From positions 1 to 46,578 of the forward strand of contig JBBRXQ010000001.1 in NCBI GenBank assembly GCA_038238515.1: a stretch of 46,578 nucleotides of DNA. The letters are read 5' to 3'. The first letter of the stretch is position 1; each line of letters begins with the position of its first letter. The translations under genes and the position numbers were made by a program. This DNA is from Sphingomonadales bacterium. GTDB taxonomy: Bacteria > Pseudomonadota > Alphaproteobacteria > Sphingomonadales > Sphingomonadaceae. The notes under the pieces were generated by a model that saw only the letters and a program-made list of their open reading frames with translations, searched no databases and was not told where the DNA came from. Below are positions 18,603-28,200 of the stretch, piece by piece.

Positions 18603-19247
18603 TCAAGCCGCCAAGCGCTTTAGCGGCGTGAAATCTATGAGCGGCTCGGGAATAGTGATTCCCTTTTGAACGGCCGGGCGCGCCGCGACCCGTGCATACC
18701 AGGCACCAAGGTTTGGATATTCACTGACCGGGAAAAAGGAGGCTACAGCTGTGTTCACCCAGCCAAAGAATGCAATGTCTACAATGGAATAGTCTCCGCA
18801 GAAAAAATCGCGACCCTCCAGCAGCTTGTCCATGGTGGCTTCGATCCGGGCTGCTTCCTTGCTGTAGCGATCGAGTGCGAACGGCACTTGTTCGGGCGCA
18901 AAATAGGCAAAGAAGGCCCGCTGGCCAAACATCGGGCCGACCGAAGATGCCTGCATGAACAGCAGTTGCAGTGCCTCGAAACGGACTTTCACGTCGGTCG
19001 GCATAAGCCGTCCGGCTTTTTCCGCCAGATAGAGCAATATGGCGTTGGATTCGTAGACAATGTGCCCGGTTTCCGTGTCCACGATGACCGGGATTTTTGC
19101 GTTGGGATTGATCTCGACAAACTCGGGAGAGAACTGTTCGCCAGTGAACGTGTTCACGCGCTTGACGACGTAAAGCATGCCAAGTTCTTCAAGGGCGATA
19201 CTGATCTTGTGACCGTTGGGGGTGTTGTGCGTGTAGAGTTCAATCAT
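18603..19247 (-). CDS. Glutathione S-transferase (YfcG/YghU-like)
   Basis: MIELYT..TPNGHKISIALEELG; INPNAKIPVIVD; ESNAILLYLAEK; YSIVDIA; RPAVQKG. Confidence 0.93.
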   Translation of the reverse strand: MIELYTHNTPNGHKISIALEELGMLYVVKRVNTFTGEQFSPEFVEINPNAKIPVIVDTETGHIVYESNAILLYLAEKAGRLMPTDVKVRFEALQLLFMQASSVGPMFGQRAFFAYFAPEQVPFALDRYSKEAARIEATMDKLLEGRDFFCGDYSIVDIAFFGWVNTAVASFFPVSEYPNLGAWYARVAARPAVQKGITIPEPLIDFTPLKRLAA

Positions 19248-19348
19248 GGTTTTCTGCCTTTTCAATGCATGGGTTGTGATCGACAATTTGTCGTTATGTT
19301 GCTGACGATATTTGAATACATGCGCCGGCCAGCAACGGGCATATGGCT

Positions 19349-19906
19349 CTATTTTGACGCGTCGAACGTGCCGGCCTTTTTCGCGATCGGCTTTGCCGTC
19401 GGATAAAACTGGACGAATGTCGTCTCCACGGCGGCGTGTTGCTGATGACACGAATAGCAATGAGCCGAGGTCGGCAGCACCTTGGCTGGTTTGTTGCCTT
19501 CCACCTCGAAAAATCCCCAGCCTGAGGGAAACCTCCTGTCGCGCACGTGCAATTCGAGATACTCAGGCTCACCGGACTGGAATTGGCCGGAATCGTTGAT
19601 CGAGCCCCCGGTGGCACCGTGGCGGCCTTCCTTCGCAAATATCGTTCCCTGCGGCCAATGCCCGGTCGCTTTGAAAGCGCGCCAGGACACCGGATCGACA
19701 AAGACATTGTCAAAGCTGTGCTCGATCGCGACGGGCGCAGAGGCGAAATAGTTCATATCGAGCCCCGACGACAGAAACACCCATTCGCGGTAGTTTGACC
19801 CAACCTTGAGCTCGCATGTCGGCAAATAGCGGGTGGCAGGGGTTGCGGCCGCTTCAGCGACGCCGATCAGCATCATGGGCCATAGCAGCTTAGATACGTG
19901 CAACAT
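19349..19906 (-). CDS. Cytochrome P460 family protein
   Basis: Signal peptide; YREWVFLSSG; FDNVFVDP; WPQGTIFAKE (cross-link Lys position); GWGFF; C-terminal CYSCH. Confidence 0.85.
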   Translation of the reverse strand: MLHVSKLLWPMMLIGVAEAAATPATRYLPTCELKVGSNYREWVFLSSGLDMNYFASAPVAIEHSFDNVFVDPVSWRAFKATGHWPQGTIFAKEGRHGATGGSINDSGQFQSGEPEYLELHVRDRRFPSGWGFFEVEGNKPAKVLPTSAHCYSCHQQHAAVETTFVQFYPTAKPIAKKAGTFDASK

Positions 19907-20342
19907 GGCCGGCGTCCTGTTTGATGAATTGAGAGGATTGGTGATCAGCGAGGCTGCTGCCAGCGATCGAGGCGTTCGTTTTCGCAAGGGGCTGGTACAA
20001 CGCGGCACTGGCCTGAATGGCGCGCGGCACGATCTTAAGAAGCAGCAATGGGTTGTGCGTGAATCTCGTCAGCCCATTATTGAATCGACTTGTTATGCGA
20101 TGAACATATCCCGGACCCGCAACGATTACCTCGCTTGCGGCCGTAATCGCTGTACGGACTCGATTGCGTATGTTCGGCGGGTAAGCGTTCACATCGAAAT
20201 TGATCAACTGAAAGCCGCTGAACAAGGCGATTTTCACGCTGAAGCCGCGAGGCGCCGCCACTGCAGCGGCGCACAACCAAACGCCATTTGTTAAAGCCGC
20301 CTTCAGGTTATTCGACAAGGCGACGATTTTGATGCCGGTCAC
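19890..20342 (-). pseudogene. Eroded NADPH-dependent FMN reductase (SsuE/ChrR-like)
   Basis: IKIVALSNNLKAALTN (cf. IVAISGSLRxxSxN), VIVAGPGYVH (cf. IASPEYxH), FNNGL (cf. FKNALDW); GTG overlaps the DUF1348 stop. Confidence 0.55.
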
Positions 20343-20818
20343 TGGCCCACGCCGATCAGCCCGTCGTGACCAGCAGGCCGCGGTGCCGGACCATCCCAGC
20401 GGAACCGCCGCTGTATTTCGGTAATTGCCACGTCGTTGACCGAGGCTTCGCGCCTCCGCATCAGGCCGTTTTCGGCAAATTCCCATTGTTCATTGCCGTA
20501 GCCGCGATACCATTGCCCGTCGGTCAGGCATTCATACTGGAAGCGCACGGCGATGCGGTTACCGCTGAACGCCCACAGATCCTTGACGAGGCGATATTCG
20601 GTCTCGCGCTGCCATTTTTCCGTCAGCAGGGCGATGATCGCCGCGCGGCCGACAAGGAACTGGTCGCGGTTCCGCCATTCGCTGTCGATGGTATAGGCCA
20701 ATGCGACGCGCGCCGGATCGCGGCTGTTCCAGGCATCTTCGGCGGCGCGCACTTTCTGCAGCGCCGTGTCCCGCGTGAACGGCGGCAAGGGTGCGCGGGT
20801 GATTTCGATTTCAGTCAT
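20339..20818 (-). CDS. DUF1348 / SnoaL-NTF2-like protein
   Basis: [23 protein letters not shown]; WRNR; [15 protein letters not shown]; RIAVRF; GNEQWEF; RREASVND. Confidence 0.92.
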   Translation of the reverse strand: MTEIEITRAPLPPFTRDTALQKVRAAEDAWNSRDPARVALAYTIDSEWRNRDQFLVGRAAIIALLTEKWQRETEYRLVKDLWAFSGNRIAVRFQYECLTDGQWYRGYGNEQWEFAENGLMRRREASVNDVAITEIQRRFRWDGPAPRPAGHDGLIGVGQ

Positions 20819-21447
20819 GGCTTAGCCTTTTGGTTGGCGCGCGCGGCGTGCAATGCGGCGTTTTCGGCTTCGAGTGCTGCGAGCCGCGCTGTCAGCGGCG
20901 CACTCGCGGCGGCGACCTCGCTCTCGCTAAAGCGCGGCGTGATGTGTTGCGGGCAATTCCAGTCAAAGGCTTCGAGATGGAGGACGAAGGCGCGTTCGGG
21001 CACGGCGCGGTAATCGGGTGGCACCAACCGGGCAGCGAGCACGGGATCGGCGGCGAGGTCGCGTGCTTCGATCCGGACGTAGATCTTCATTCGGCGACGG
21101 TGCGGATAGTCCATCAGGATCAAGGCAACGCGATCGTTGGCGGCGGTGTTGCCAAGGCTGATATACTGCCGGTTACCGCGAAAATCGGCGAAGGCGAGGG
21201 TCTTGCCGTCGATGACCGCCAGAAAGCCCGGCGGGCCGCCACGGTGCTGGACATAGGGCCAACCGGTTTCCGACACGCTCGCCATATAGAAACTGTCGCG
21301 TGCGGCGATGAATTCTGCCTCTCGGGCGCCGAACGCATCGCTGACGCCGTTGGCGGCGATCCTGTCATACAGGTCGGCGCTGCCATTGGCAGCCTGGGCC
21401 GCGCGCACGCTGGGCGTCGTTGCCACATCAAGAAAGCTGGATGTCAT
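20815..21447 (-). CDS. Pyridoxamine 5'-phosphate oxidase-like FMN-binding protein
   Basis: [26 protein letters not shown]; [14 protein letters not shown]; [12 protein letters not shown]. Confidence 0.9.
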   Translation of the reverse strand: MTSSFLDVATTPSVRAAQAANGSADLYDRIAANGVSDAFGAREAEFIAARDSFYMASVSETGWPYVQHRGGPPGFLAVIDGKTLAFADFRGNRQYISLGNTAANDRVALILMDYPHRRRMKIYVRIEARDLAADPVLAARLVPPDYRAVPERAFVLHLEAFDWNCPQHITPRFSESEVAAASAPLTARLAALEAENAALHAARANQKAKP

Positions 21448-21510
21448 CGCCATGCTCCTGCGCATTGCCGCCGACGGGCAGGGGGATTGGCACCCGCCGA
21501 CGGCCCCCGG

Positions 21511-22056
21511 TCATGCGGCTTGCGACGCCAGCACGACGGGAAAGTCGATGTCGGTCTGCGCGACATTGTTGATGTAGTTGGTGAGCACATTGAGCGCGAC
21601 GCTGGCGACGATCTCGATCACCTGCGGCTCGGTGAATCCTGCAAGGCGAACCGCTGCAAGATCGGCATCACTGACGCGGCCGCGGGCATCGAGCACCTTG
21701 CGCGCAAACACCAGTGCGCTATCGGCCTTGGCATCGTCCGAATGGCCGGCGCGATTGCGTGTGATCTCGGCGTCGTCAATCTTGGCAAGGTTGAGCCCGA
21801 GATAGGTGTGCGCTGACAGGCAATAGTCGCAGCCATTCGCCTGAGCGACGGCCAGCGCAATCCGTTCGCGGGTCTTGGCATCAAGCGTGCGGCTGAGCGC
21901 GCCGTTGAGGCCCAGATAACCTTCGAGCGCCGCCGGGCTGGTGCCGACTAGGCGGAAAAGGTTGGGCACGATGCCAAGCTGCTTTTCGACAGCATCGAGC
22001 AGCGGCTGCGACTGGGCGGGGGCATCTTCACGGGCCGGAATGGTGAGTCGGGACAT
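21511..22056 (-). CDS. AhpD/carboxymuconolactone decarboxylase family peroxidase
   Basis: RERIALAVAQANGCDYCLSAH; LNVLTNYIN. Confidence 0.92.
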   Translation of the reverse strand: MSRLTIPAREDAPAQSQPLLDAVEKQLGIVPNLFRLVGTSPAALEGYLGLNGALSRTLDAKTRERIALAVAQANGCDYCLSAHTYLGLNLAKIDDAEITRNRAGHSDDAKADSALVFARKVLDARGRVSDADLAAVRLAGFTEPQVIEIVASVALNVLTNYINNVAQTDIDFPVVLASQAA

Positions 22057-22171
22057 GGGTGTTTCTCCGTTGCGGGCGGCGGGATGCCGTCTGTCATTGA
22101 AGATGCGCCCAGCAGGCTTTTGTGATAATCCATATAATCGACACTTCACTCATGCGGTTATCGGGGCAATC

Positions 22172-23101
22172 ATGGACCGGCTTGATATGTTGCGGACCTT
22201 TATTGCAGTCGCTGATCGAGCAAGCTTCGCCGAAGCGGCGCGGCGGATGCGGATCTCGCCAACTGCTGCTAGTCGCGCCGTGGCAACGCTCGAGGAATCA
22301 TTGGGCACTGTGCTGTTGCGGCGGACCACCCGATCGGTGCGCGTAACCGAAGAAGGCGCTGCCTATCTCCAGCATTGCCGGGCCGCGCTTGCCGAACTCG
22401 ACGATGCAGCGCTGGCTTTGCGCGGCGATCGTGCGACCCCCAGCGGGACACTCGTGCTCACCGCGCCGGTCACCTTCGGGCGGCTCTACATCCTGCCGAT
22501 CGTCACCAACCTCTTGCGCGCCAACCCCGGGTTGAAGGTTGAAGTCACATTGATCGACCGGACTGTTCGCCTAGTTGACGAAGGCGTCGATGTCGCGATC
22601 CGGATTGGCGACCTGTCGGATTCCGAGTTGCACGCGCTCAAGGTTGCCGAGGTGCGCAGGGTGCTGGTCGCCAGCCCGGCCTATCTTGCTGCAAACGGAA
22701 CGCCTGCGAGCGTGCCCGCGCTGCATGACCATGCGCTCTTGTCGTTCACCGAGCTTGACCGCGCCCGGGAGTGGCGGTTTGGACCCAGCGGCAAGACTGC
22801 GATACGAATCGAGCCGCGGCTGACGCTGAATACCGCAGATGCTGCGGTCAGGGCGGCTATTGACGGGCTGGGGATCGTTCGGCTGCTGTCCTATCAGGCA
22901 CTCGACGCGGTTAACTCAGGGACGCTGGTGACTGTCTTCGACGAACTTGCGCCGCCGCCGATCCCGGTTCACCTCGTGTATCAGGCAAACAGGCGCGCCT
23001 CGATAAACGTCCGTGCGATGATTGATGCCGCACGATTGTATTTTAGCGGACTTGATCTCTCAGGCCTGCGCAGCGCCGCTTGTGCTTCTGACCGAGCGTA
23101 A
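22172..23101 (+). CDS. LysR (CrgA-like) regulator divergent from the AhpD operon
   Basis: MDRLDMLRTF...SFAEAARR; LLRRTTRSVRVTEEG; EGVDVAIRIG. Confidence 0.95.
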   Translation: MDRLDMLRTFIAVADRASFAEAARRMRISPTAASRAVATLEESLGTVLLRRTTRSVRVTEEGAAYLQHCRAALAELDDAALALRGDRATPSGTLVLTAPVTFGRLYILPIVTNLLRANPGLKVEVTLIDRTVRLVDEGVDVAIRIGDLSDSELHALKVAEVRRVLVASPAYLAANGTPASVPALHDHALLSFTELDRAREWRFGPSGKTAIRIEPRLTLNTADAAVRAAIDGLGIVRLLSYQALDAVNSGTLVTVFDELAPPPIPVHLVYQANRRASINVRAMIDAARLYFSGLDLSGLRSAACASDRA

Positions 23102-23174
23102 ATATCCAAAGCAGCTCGGCTGATTTCGTATACGCTTCCCTGATGCAAGATCGCGGGCGCATCGCTATGATCTC

Positions 23175-23298
23175 GCGGACATTGATCGGCGAAAGCCGCA
23201 GCTTCGCAAGCTTGATGGTCTGGAAGATGGGGATCTCCTGGTGTCGTCCGGCCAAATCCGAACACCAGTTCCCCTCCCCCTCCTCTTTTCAATTTGCC
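23175..23298. repeat. Direct repeat copy 2: dead 5' stub of the ParB-like gene with its leader
   Basis: Near-identical to 10676-10800; encodes FQTIKLAKLRLSPINVR on the minus strand but ATG is changed to ATC. Confidence 0.95.
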
Positions 23299-23490
23299 CG
23301 AGGCGACGTGTGGCCTGCGCACAGGTCGCCCCCATGCAGCTGCGCCTAGACCGGGAGACTGCCAGCGAACCTACCCAGTTGGATTGATCTCATGCTGGAA
23401 GTGATACATCGAGCCAGACTTGAGTCTTGTAATTTTCTATCACATATGATCAATTGTATGGTATTCAACGGTCATATATGGATAATTGAG

Positions 23491-23871
23491 ATGAGCTCGC
23501 CCAAGTCCAGATCCGCGCTCGCAAGACTTGGCCAGGATATGCGTGCGGCGCGTTTGCGCCGCAATATCGCGCGTGCAGACCTTGCGGTGCGCGCGGGCAC
23601 CTCGCCGAGCACGATCGTGAGGCTGGAAGGCGGCGATCCGGGCGTGGGCATCGGCACGCTTGCCGATGTTCTGGTTGCACTTGGCCTGGTCGAGCGTCTC
23701 GCCGATCTTGTCGATTTCCGTCATGACGAGCTTGGGCTCACGCTCGCCGCCGAGAAGCTGCCGCAGCGCGGGCGTTCCTTTGCCTCGGCCATGCGCCGCC
23801 AAGAAAAGACAGACGCGAGGAAGTCTTCGGCAGATGGCGGCGAGGTCAATCCCGACGGCGTCGCGTTCTGA
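23491..23871 (+). CDS. hipB: XRE-HTH antitoxin (HipB-like)
   Basis: LGQDMRAARLRRNI..ADLAVRAGTSPSTIVRLEGGDPGV; stop overlaps hipA start. Confidence 0.82.
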   Translation: MSSPKSRSALARLGQDMRAARLRRNIARADLAVRAGTSPSTIVRLEGGDPGVGIGTLADVLVALGLVERLADLVDFRHDELGLTLAAEKLPQRGRSFASAMRRQEKTDARKSSADGGEVNPDGVAF

Positions 23872-25103
23872 TGGCTGACTGGTTCGCGAAAGTCGCTCTA
23901 GGCGAGAAGCTGATCCCGATCGGAGAGTTGCGCTTTACTCGCGCAGGTCCGCGCCAGTTCTCGGTCTTTTCCTATGATCCGGCCTGGGCGGCGAGCGCGG
24001 CAGCCTTCGCGCTGCAACCCGGCATCCCGCTCCAAGGCGGCCCTTACCATGCCTCAGGTCAGTCCGGTCATGTCCGCGATGCACTTGCGGGCGTCTTCGC
24101 TGACGCTGCACCCGATACATGGGGGCGAACGCTGCTGGAGCGGACCTATGGCGCGGGTCTCTCGGAATTCGAGTATCTCACCCTTTCCGATGACAGGTGC
24201 CGACAGGGCGCACTGCGCTTGATCGACGAGTCTGGCACAGTCATTCAGGGTCGTGCGCCAGACTCAGTCCCGCGTCTTGTCGATCTCGAAGCGATCACGG
24301 GCATCGCCCGCGCCTATGAACAGGGCAAGGAAGTCTCCGCCGCTGACCTGCAGGCCCTCGCGGGTGTTGGCGGTTCGGGCGGTGCCCGGCCGAAAGCCAA
24401 TGTCATGGACGATGGCACACTGTGGCTGGCCAAATTCACTTCGGTCCACGACCAACAGCCCATCGAGCGCGTCGAGATCGCAACGCTCCGCCTCGCGGCA
24501 ACCTGCGGCATCCGCGTGCCTGACGTCCGCCTCGAACTCGGCGATACGCCTTTCCCTGTTGCCCTGATCAAGCGGTTCGACCGGCAGGGTGCAGGCCGCA
24601 TACCTTATATCTCCGCGCGCACAGCTCTCGGCAAAACCGGTGTCGAGCTTGGCTCCTATACCGAAATCGCCGACTTCATTCGGCAAGCCGGGCCCAATCC
24701 GGCCGAAGACTTCCTCGAAATCTATCGGCGCCTCATTTTCACTATCCTAGTTTCCAACAAGGACGACCATCTCAAGAATCATGGATTTCTTTACGTCGGC
24801 TTGAACAAATGGCGCCTCTCCCCGATGTTCGACGTAAATCCCGCGCCCGATCGCAACCCGCACCTCGAAACCGCAATTTTCGAAGGCGGCGGTCACGAAC
24901 GGTCCATCCTGCGGGCGCTCGAGGTTGCGGAATTCTTCGAGATCGCCAGCGCGGACGCGCGCACGCTCATCCGCGAGATGGCGCAGCGGATAACCGCCAC
25001 TTGGCGTGACGCACTTCGCGCGACAGGCGTAACCGGCGCGCTCGCAAAACACTACGAACCAGCCTTCGTTCACGACGAAGCTGGCCTAGCAATCGGCCTT
25101 TAG
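23871..25103 (+). CDS. hipA: HipA family Ser/Thr kinase toxin
   Basis: FADAAPD.WG; GGSGGARPKA; LAKF; IKRFDR; NKDDHLKNHGF; LSPMFDVNP. Confidence 0.93.
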   Translation: MADWFAKVALGEKLIPIGELRFTRAGPRQFSVFSYDPAWAASAAAFALQPGIPLQGGPYHASGQSGHVRDALAGVFADAAPDTWGRTLLERTYGAGLSEFEYLTLSDDRCRQGALRLIDESGTVIQGRAPDSVPRLVDLEAITGIARAYEQGKEVSAADLQALAGVGGSGGARPKANVMDDGTLWLAKFTSVHDQQPIERVEIATLRLAATCGIRVPDVRLELGDTPFPVALIKRFDRQGAGRIPYISARTALGKTGVELGSYTEIADFIRQAGPNPAEDFLEIYRRLIFTILVSNKDDHLKNHGFLYVGLNKWRLSPMFDVNPAPDRNPHLETAIFEGGGHERSILRALEVAEFFEIASADARTLIREMAQRITATWRDALRATGVTGALAKHYEPAFVHDEAGLAIGL

Positions 25104-25285
25104 CTTCCATATTTGAAAAACAATATCATTTAAATACCCATATTTGATATTTAAGAATGTTGCCACCATGTGGTTATGGGGTGAAGAAGCGAGGAAAGAA
25201 GCGCAGGTTTGGCGTTCGGAGGCGCAGGTCGCTTGAACGGCGGAAAAGTTTCAGAGGTTGTCGGTGCAACGGTTCGCGGGCGGGA

Positions 25286-28200
25286 TCACTGTGATGGAAT
25301 GATGCGGCTCAGGATAACCTCGACCTGGTCAAGCGGCACAAACACGCGCGTGGTGTAGCGGATGATCTCGGTGAAACAGCCAAGCGATTTGAGCCACGGC
25401 AACTGGGCAACCGGGCACCCGGTCATTTCAACCCGCTGCTGCCCGTTCACCAGGCTGCGCTTGACGACCATTTCGAACGGCCGGGTGAGCGCCACACTGC
25501 CCCCCGCCAATGCAGACCGCGCCACTGCCGCTGCGTCCATTTTGGACGCCGGATCGATCCCGAGCTTGGTATAAAGCGTAGGCAGATGGTCCTCGAAGAC
25601 GAGGCGGCCGAGCCACGACTTGCCCTCCTGATCGACAATGCGGTTGACGACGAGGTGATCGGCGGGAAGCGCAGACCAGATCGGCAGCAACAGGCCGGTG
25701 GCGAGATGGATGGTCCTGCGCTCGGTGTGGTTGGCCGCGTCCTTAACCTCCACCTGCCACTTTGCGGCAAATTCTTCGCGGGTGATCTCGGCCCACGCTG
25801 TTTCGAGCAAGTCATCGGCGCGAATGTATTCATGCCGGGTTGGCCGGATAAGTTCGAACCGGCGGAACGAAGTGCCGTCATCGATCATGATTGATCGGGC
25901 CGCCACGCGAAGAGCGACCCGCTGCGATTTGGCGTTGTACAGCCAGGCGACCAGCTCATTGCGGTCAGCGATCGTCATGATCCGTTCAAGGCTCACCGGC
26001 TTCAGCTTGGTTTCGATCTCGATCGTGAGGAGGTGCGACGTTGCGCCGCTGTTCGCGTCGGTGCGCAGCACCAAGTCATCGACAACGGTTGCGCGCTCGG
26101 CCGCCAGCGTTTCCACGCCAAGGTCGAGCGTCCCGGCTTCGCGCGCGGCAGCCACGCGCGCCTCGATCAGTTCGAGGAATTCCTCGAAGATCGCATTTTG
26201 CAGGCCGATCGGGAAGGCGAGGATGCGGTTGAGCCAACGCTGGATCGGCGGAAGGTCCTCGACCATCACACCGTCTTTGTCGGCCAGCGTCAGCCCGCTG
26301 CGCTTTTCAAAGTCAGCCAGGTTCGTACTCTTGAGCTTGCCCGCGCAAAGGAGGTGGAACCAAGTCACGAGCGCGGCCCGGGCATAATCGCTTTCGAGAT
26401 TGTCAGCCGGATCGAACAGGTTCTGGCCGCCGGTTTGCCGCTGCCCGCGCGTGAGCGCGCCAAGGCTGTCGAGCCGCCGCGCGATCGTCGAGGTGAAGCG
26501 CAGCTCGCCCTTGCAGTTGGTGGTGACTGGGCGGAACAGCGGGGTGGTTGCCTGATGCGTGCGGTGCGTGCGCCCCAGCCCCTGGATTGCGCGATCGGCG
26601 CGCCAACCGGGCTCAAGCAGCAAATGGACGCGTTGCTGCTGGTTTTTGACCTCGTAGCTTGCATGATACGATCTTCCGGTGCCGCCAGCATCGGAGAAAA
26701 TCAGAATGCGCTTGGCCCCGGCCATGAATGCGGCGGCCTCGGCCTGCGATGTACGGGTCGAGCGCGATTCAAGCTTCTGACCCCCCTGCCCGTTCGGCAC
26801 GAGCCGTTTCGTGCGCCCGGTGACTTCAGCGACAGCATCGTGCCCGAAATGCTCAAGCAGCGCATCGAGCGCCGACTTGATCGGCGGAAGCGCGCATAAG
26901 TGCTCGATCATGTCCGCTTTGGCGGCTTCGGCGTCGGGGTTGTGGACAGGGTGGCCGGCGTCATCGACCATGGGTTCGGAACGCGCGGTGCCGGTGTCGT
27001 CGGTATAGATTCGCATCTGCCGGGTCGGGAACGCGCGTTCGAGGTAATCGATGACATATTCGCGGGGCGACAGGTCGATTTCCAGAACGGCGCGTTCTTC
27101 TGGACTTAGCTCACCAAGGCGCCGGTCAAGGATCGATTCTGCGGTGGTCACCAGCTGCATCACCACCGACTTGCCGCGCACGAGATGGACTTGTGTGGCC
27201 GCAATCACCGTCGGGAGTTTCATCGAAAGCAAGAGCTGCCCGAAGAAGCGCTGTTTGCAGGATTCGAACCGCGAGCGGGCCGCCGCCTTGGCCCCGCTGT
27301 TGAGCGTATCGCCGGTCATCCCATCGACAATGCTGGTCAATTCAAGCGCGATCTCAAGGTTCTGATGAATCACCGCCCAGGCTTCAGCATATGTGTCGTA
27401 AATCTCGATCTGCTGGGGCGTCAGTTCGTGCTTGAGAATATCGTATTCGACACCAGCGAAGCTGAGCGCACGCGAAGTGTAGAGCCCGGTCGCCTTCAGA
27501 TCGCGCGCCACCAGCTCCATTGCTGCGATACCGCCCGAGCGAATCTGGGTGATGAACTGCTCGCGGTCGGCAAAGGCTGTCTCCGGACCCCAGAGCCCAA
27601 GCCGCACTGCATATGCGAGGTTGTTCACCTCGGACGCGCCGGTGGCCGAAGCGTAGAGCACGCGCGCACGCGGCAGATGGTTTTGGAGCAGTACCCCCGC
27701 GATACCCTGCTGCGAGCCCTTCTTCGCGCCCAAGGCCCCCTCCCCGCCCGCTACGCCGCCCATTTCATGCGCCTCGTCGAATGCGATGACGCCGTCGAAC
27801 TCGGGCCCGGCCCATTGCAGGATCTGCTGGAGACGTGTGGTCTCCTCTCGCTGCGAGCGCAGCGTCGGGTACGTGACGAACAGCACGCCCTCGGTCAGCG
27901 TCAGCGGCTCGTCGATCTTCCACGCCGAGAGTGGCTGGATGTCAGCCGACAGTCCGCCCAGCGCCGCCCAGTCGCGCCGCGCATCCTCGAGCAGCTGCTC
28001 GTTCTTGGTCAGCCAGATCGCGCGGCGGCGGCCTTGCAGCCAATGATCGAGGACGCAGGCCGCAATCTGCCTCCCCTTCCCCGCCCCGGTCCCGTCGCCA
28101 AGGAAGTAGCCCTTACGGTATTCGCGTCCATCCTGGGCGAGCGTCAGACCCACACCTTCCTTGGCGGGCACGAACTTGCCCGGGATCGTCTGTTGCCAGG

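Noticed and set aside
10801-23174. Composite transposon or integron
   Set aside because: No transposase, integrase, terminal inverted repeats or canonical attC sites were recognised in the window
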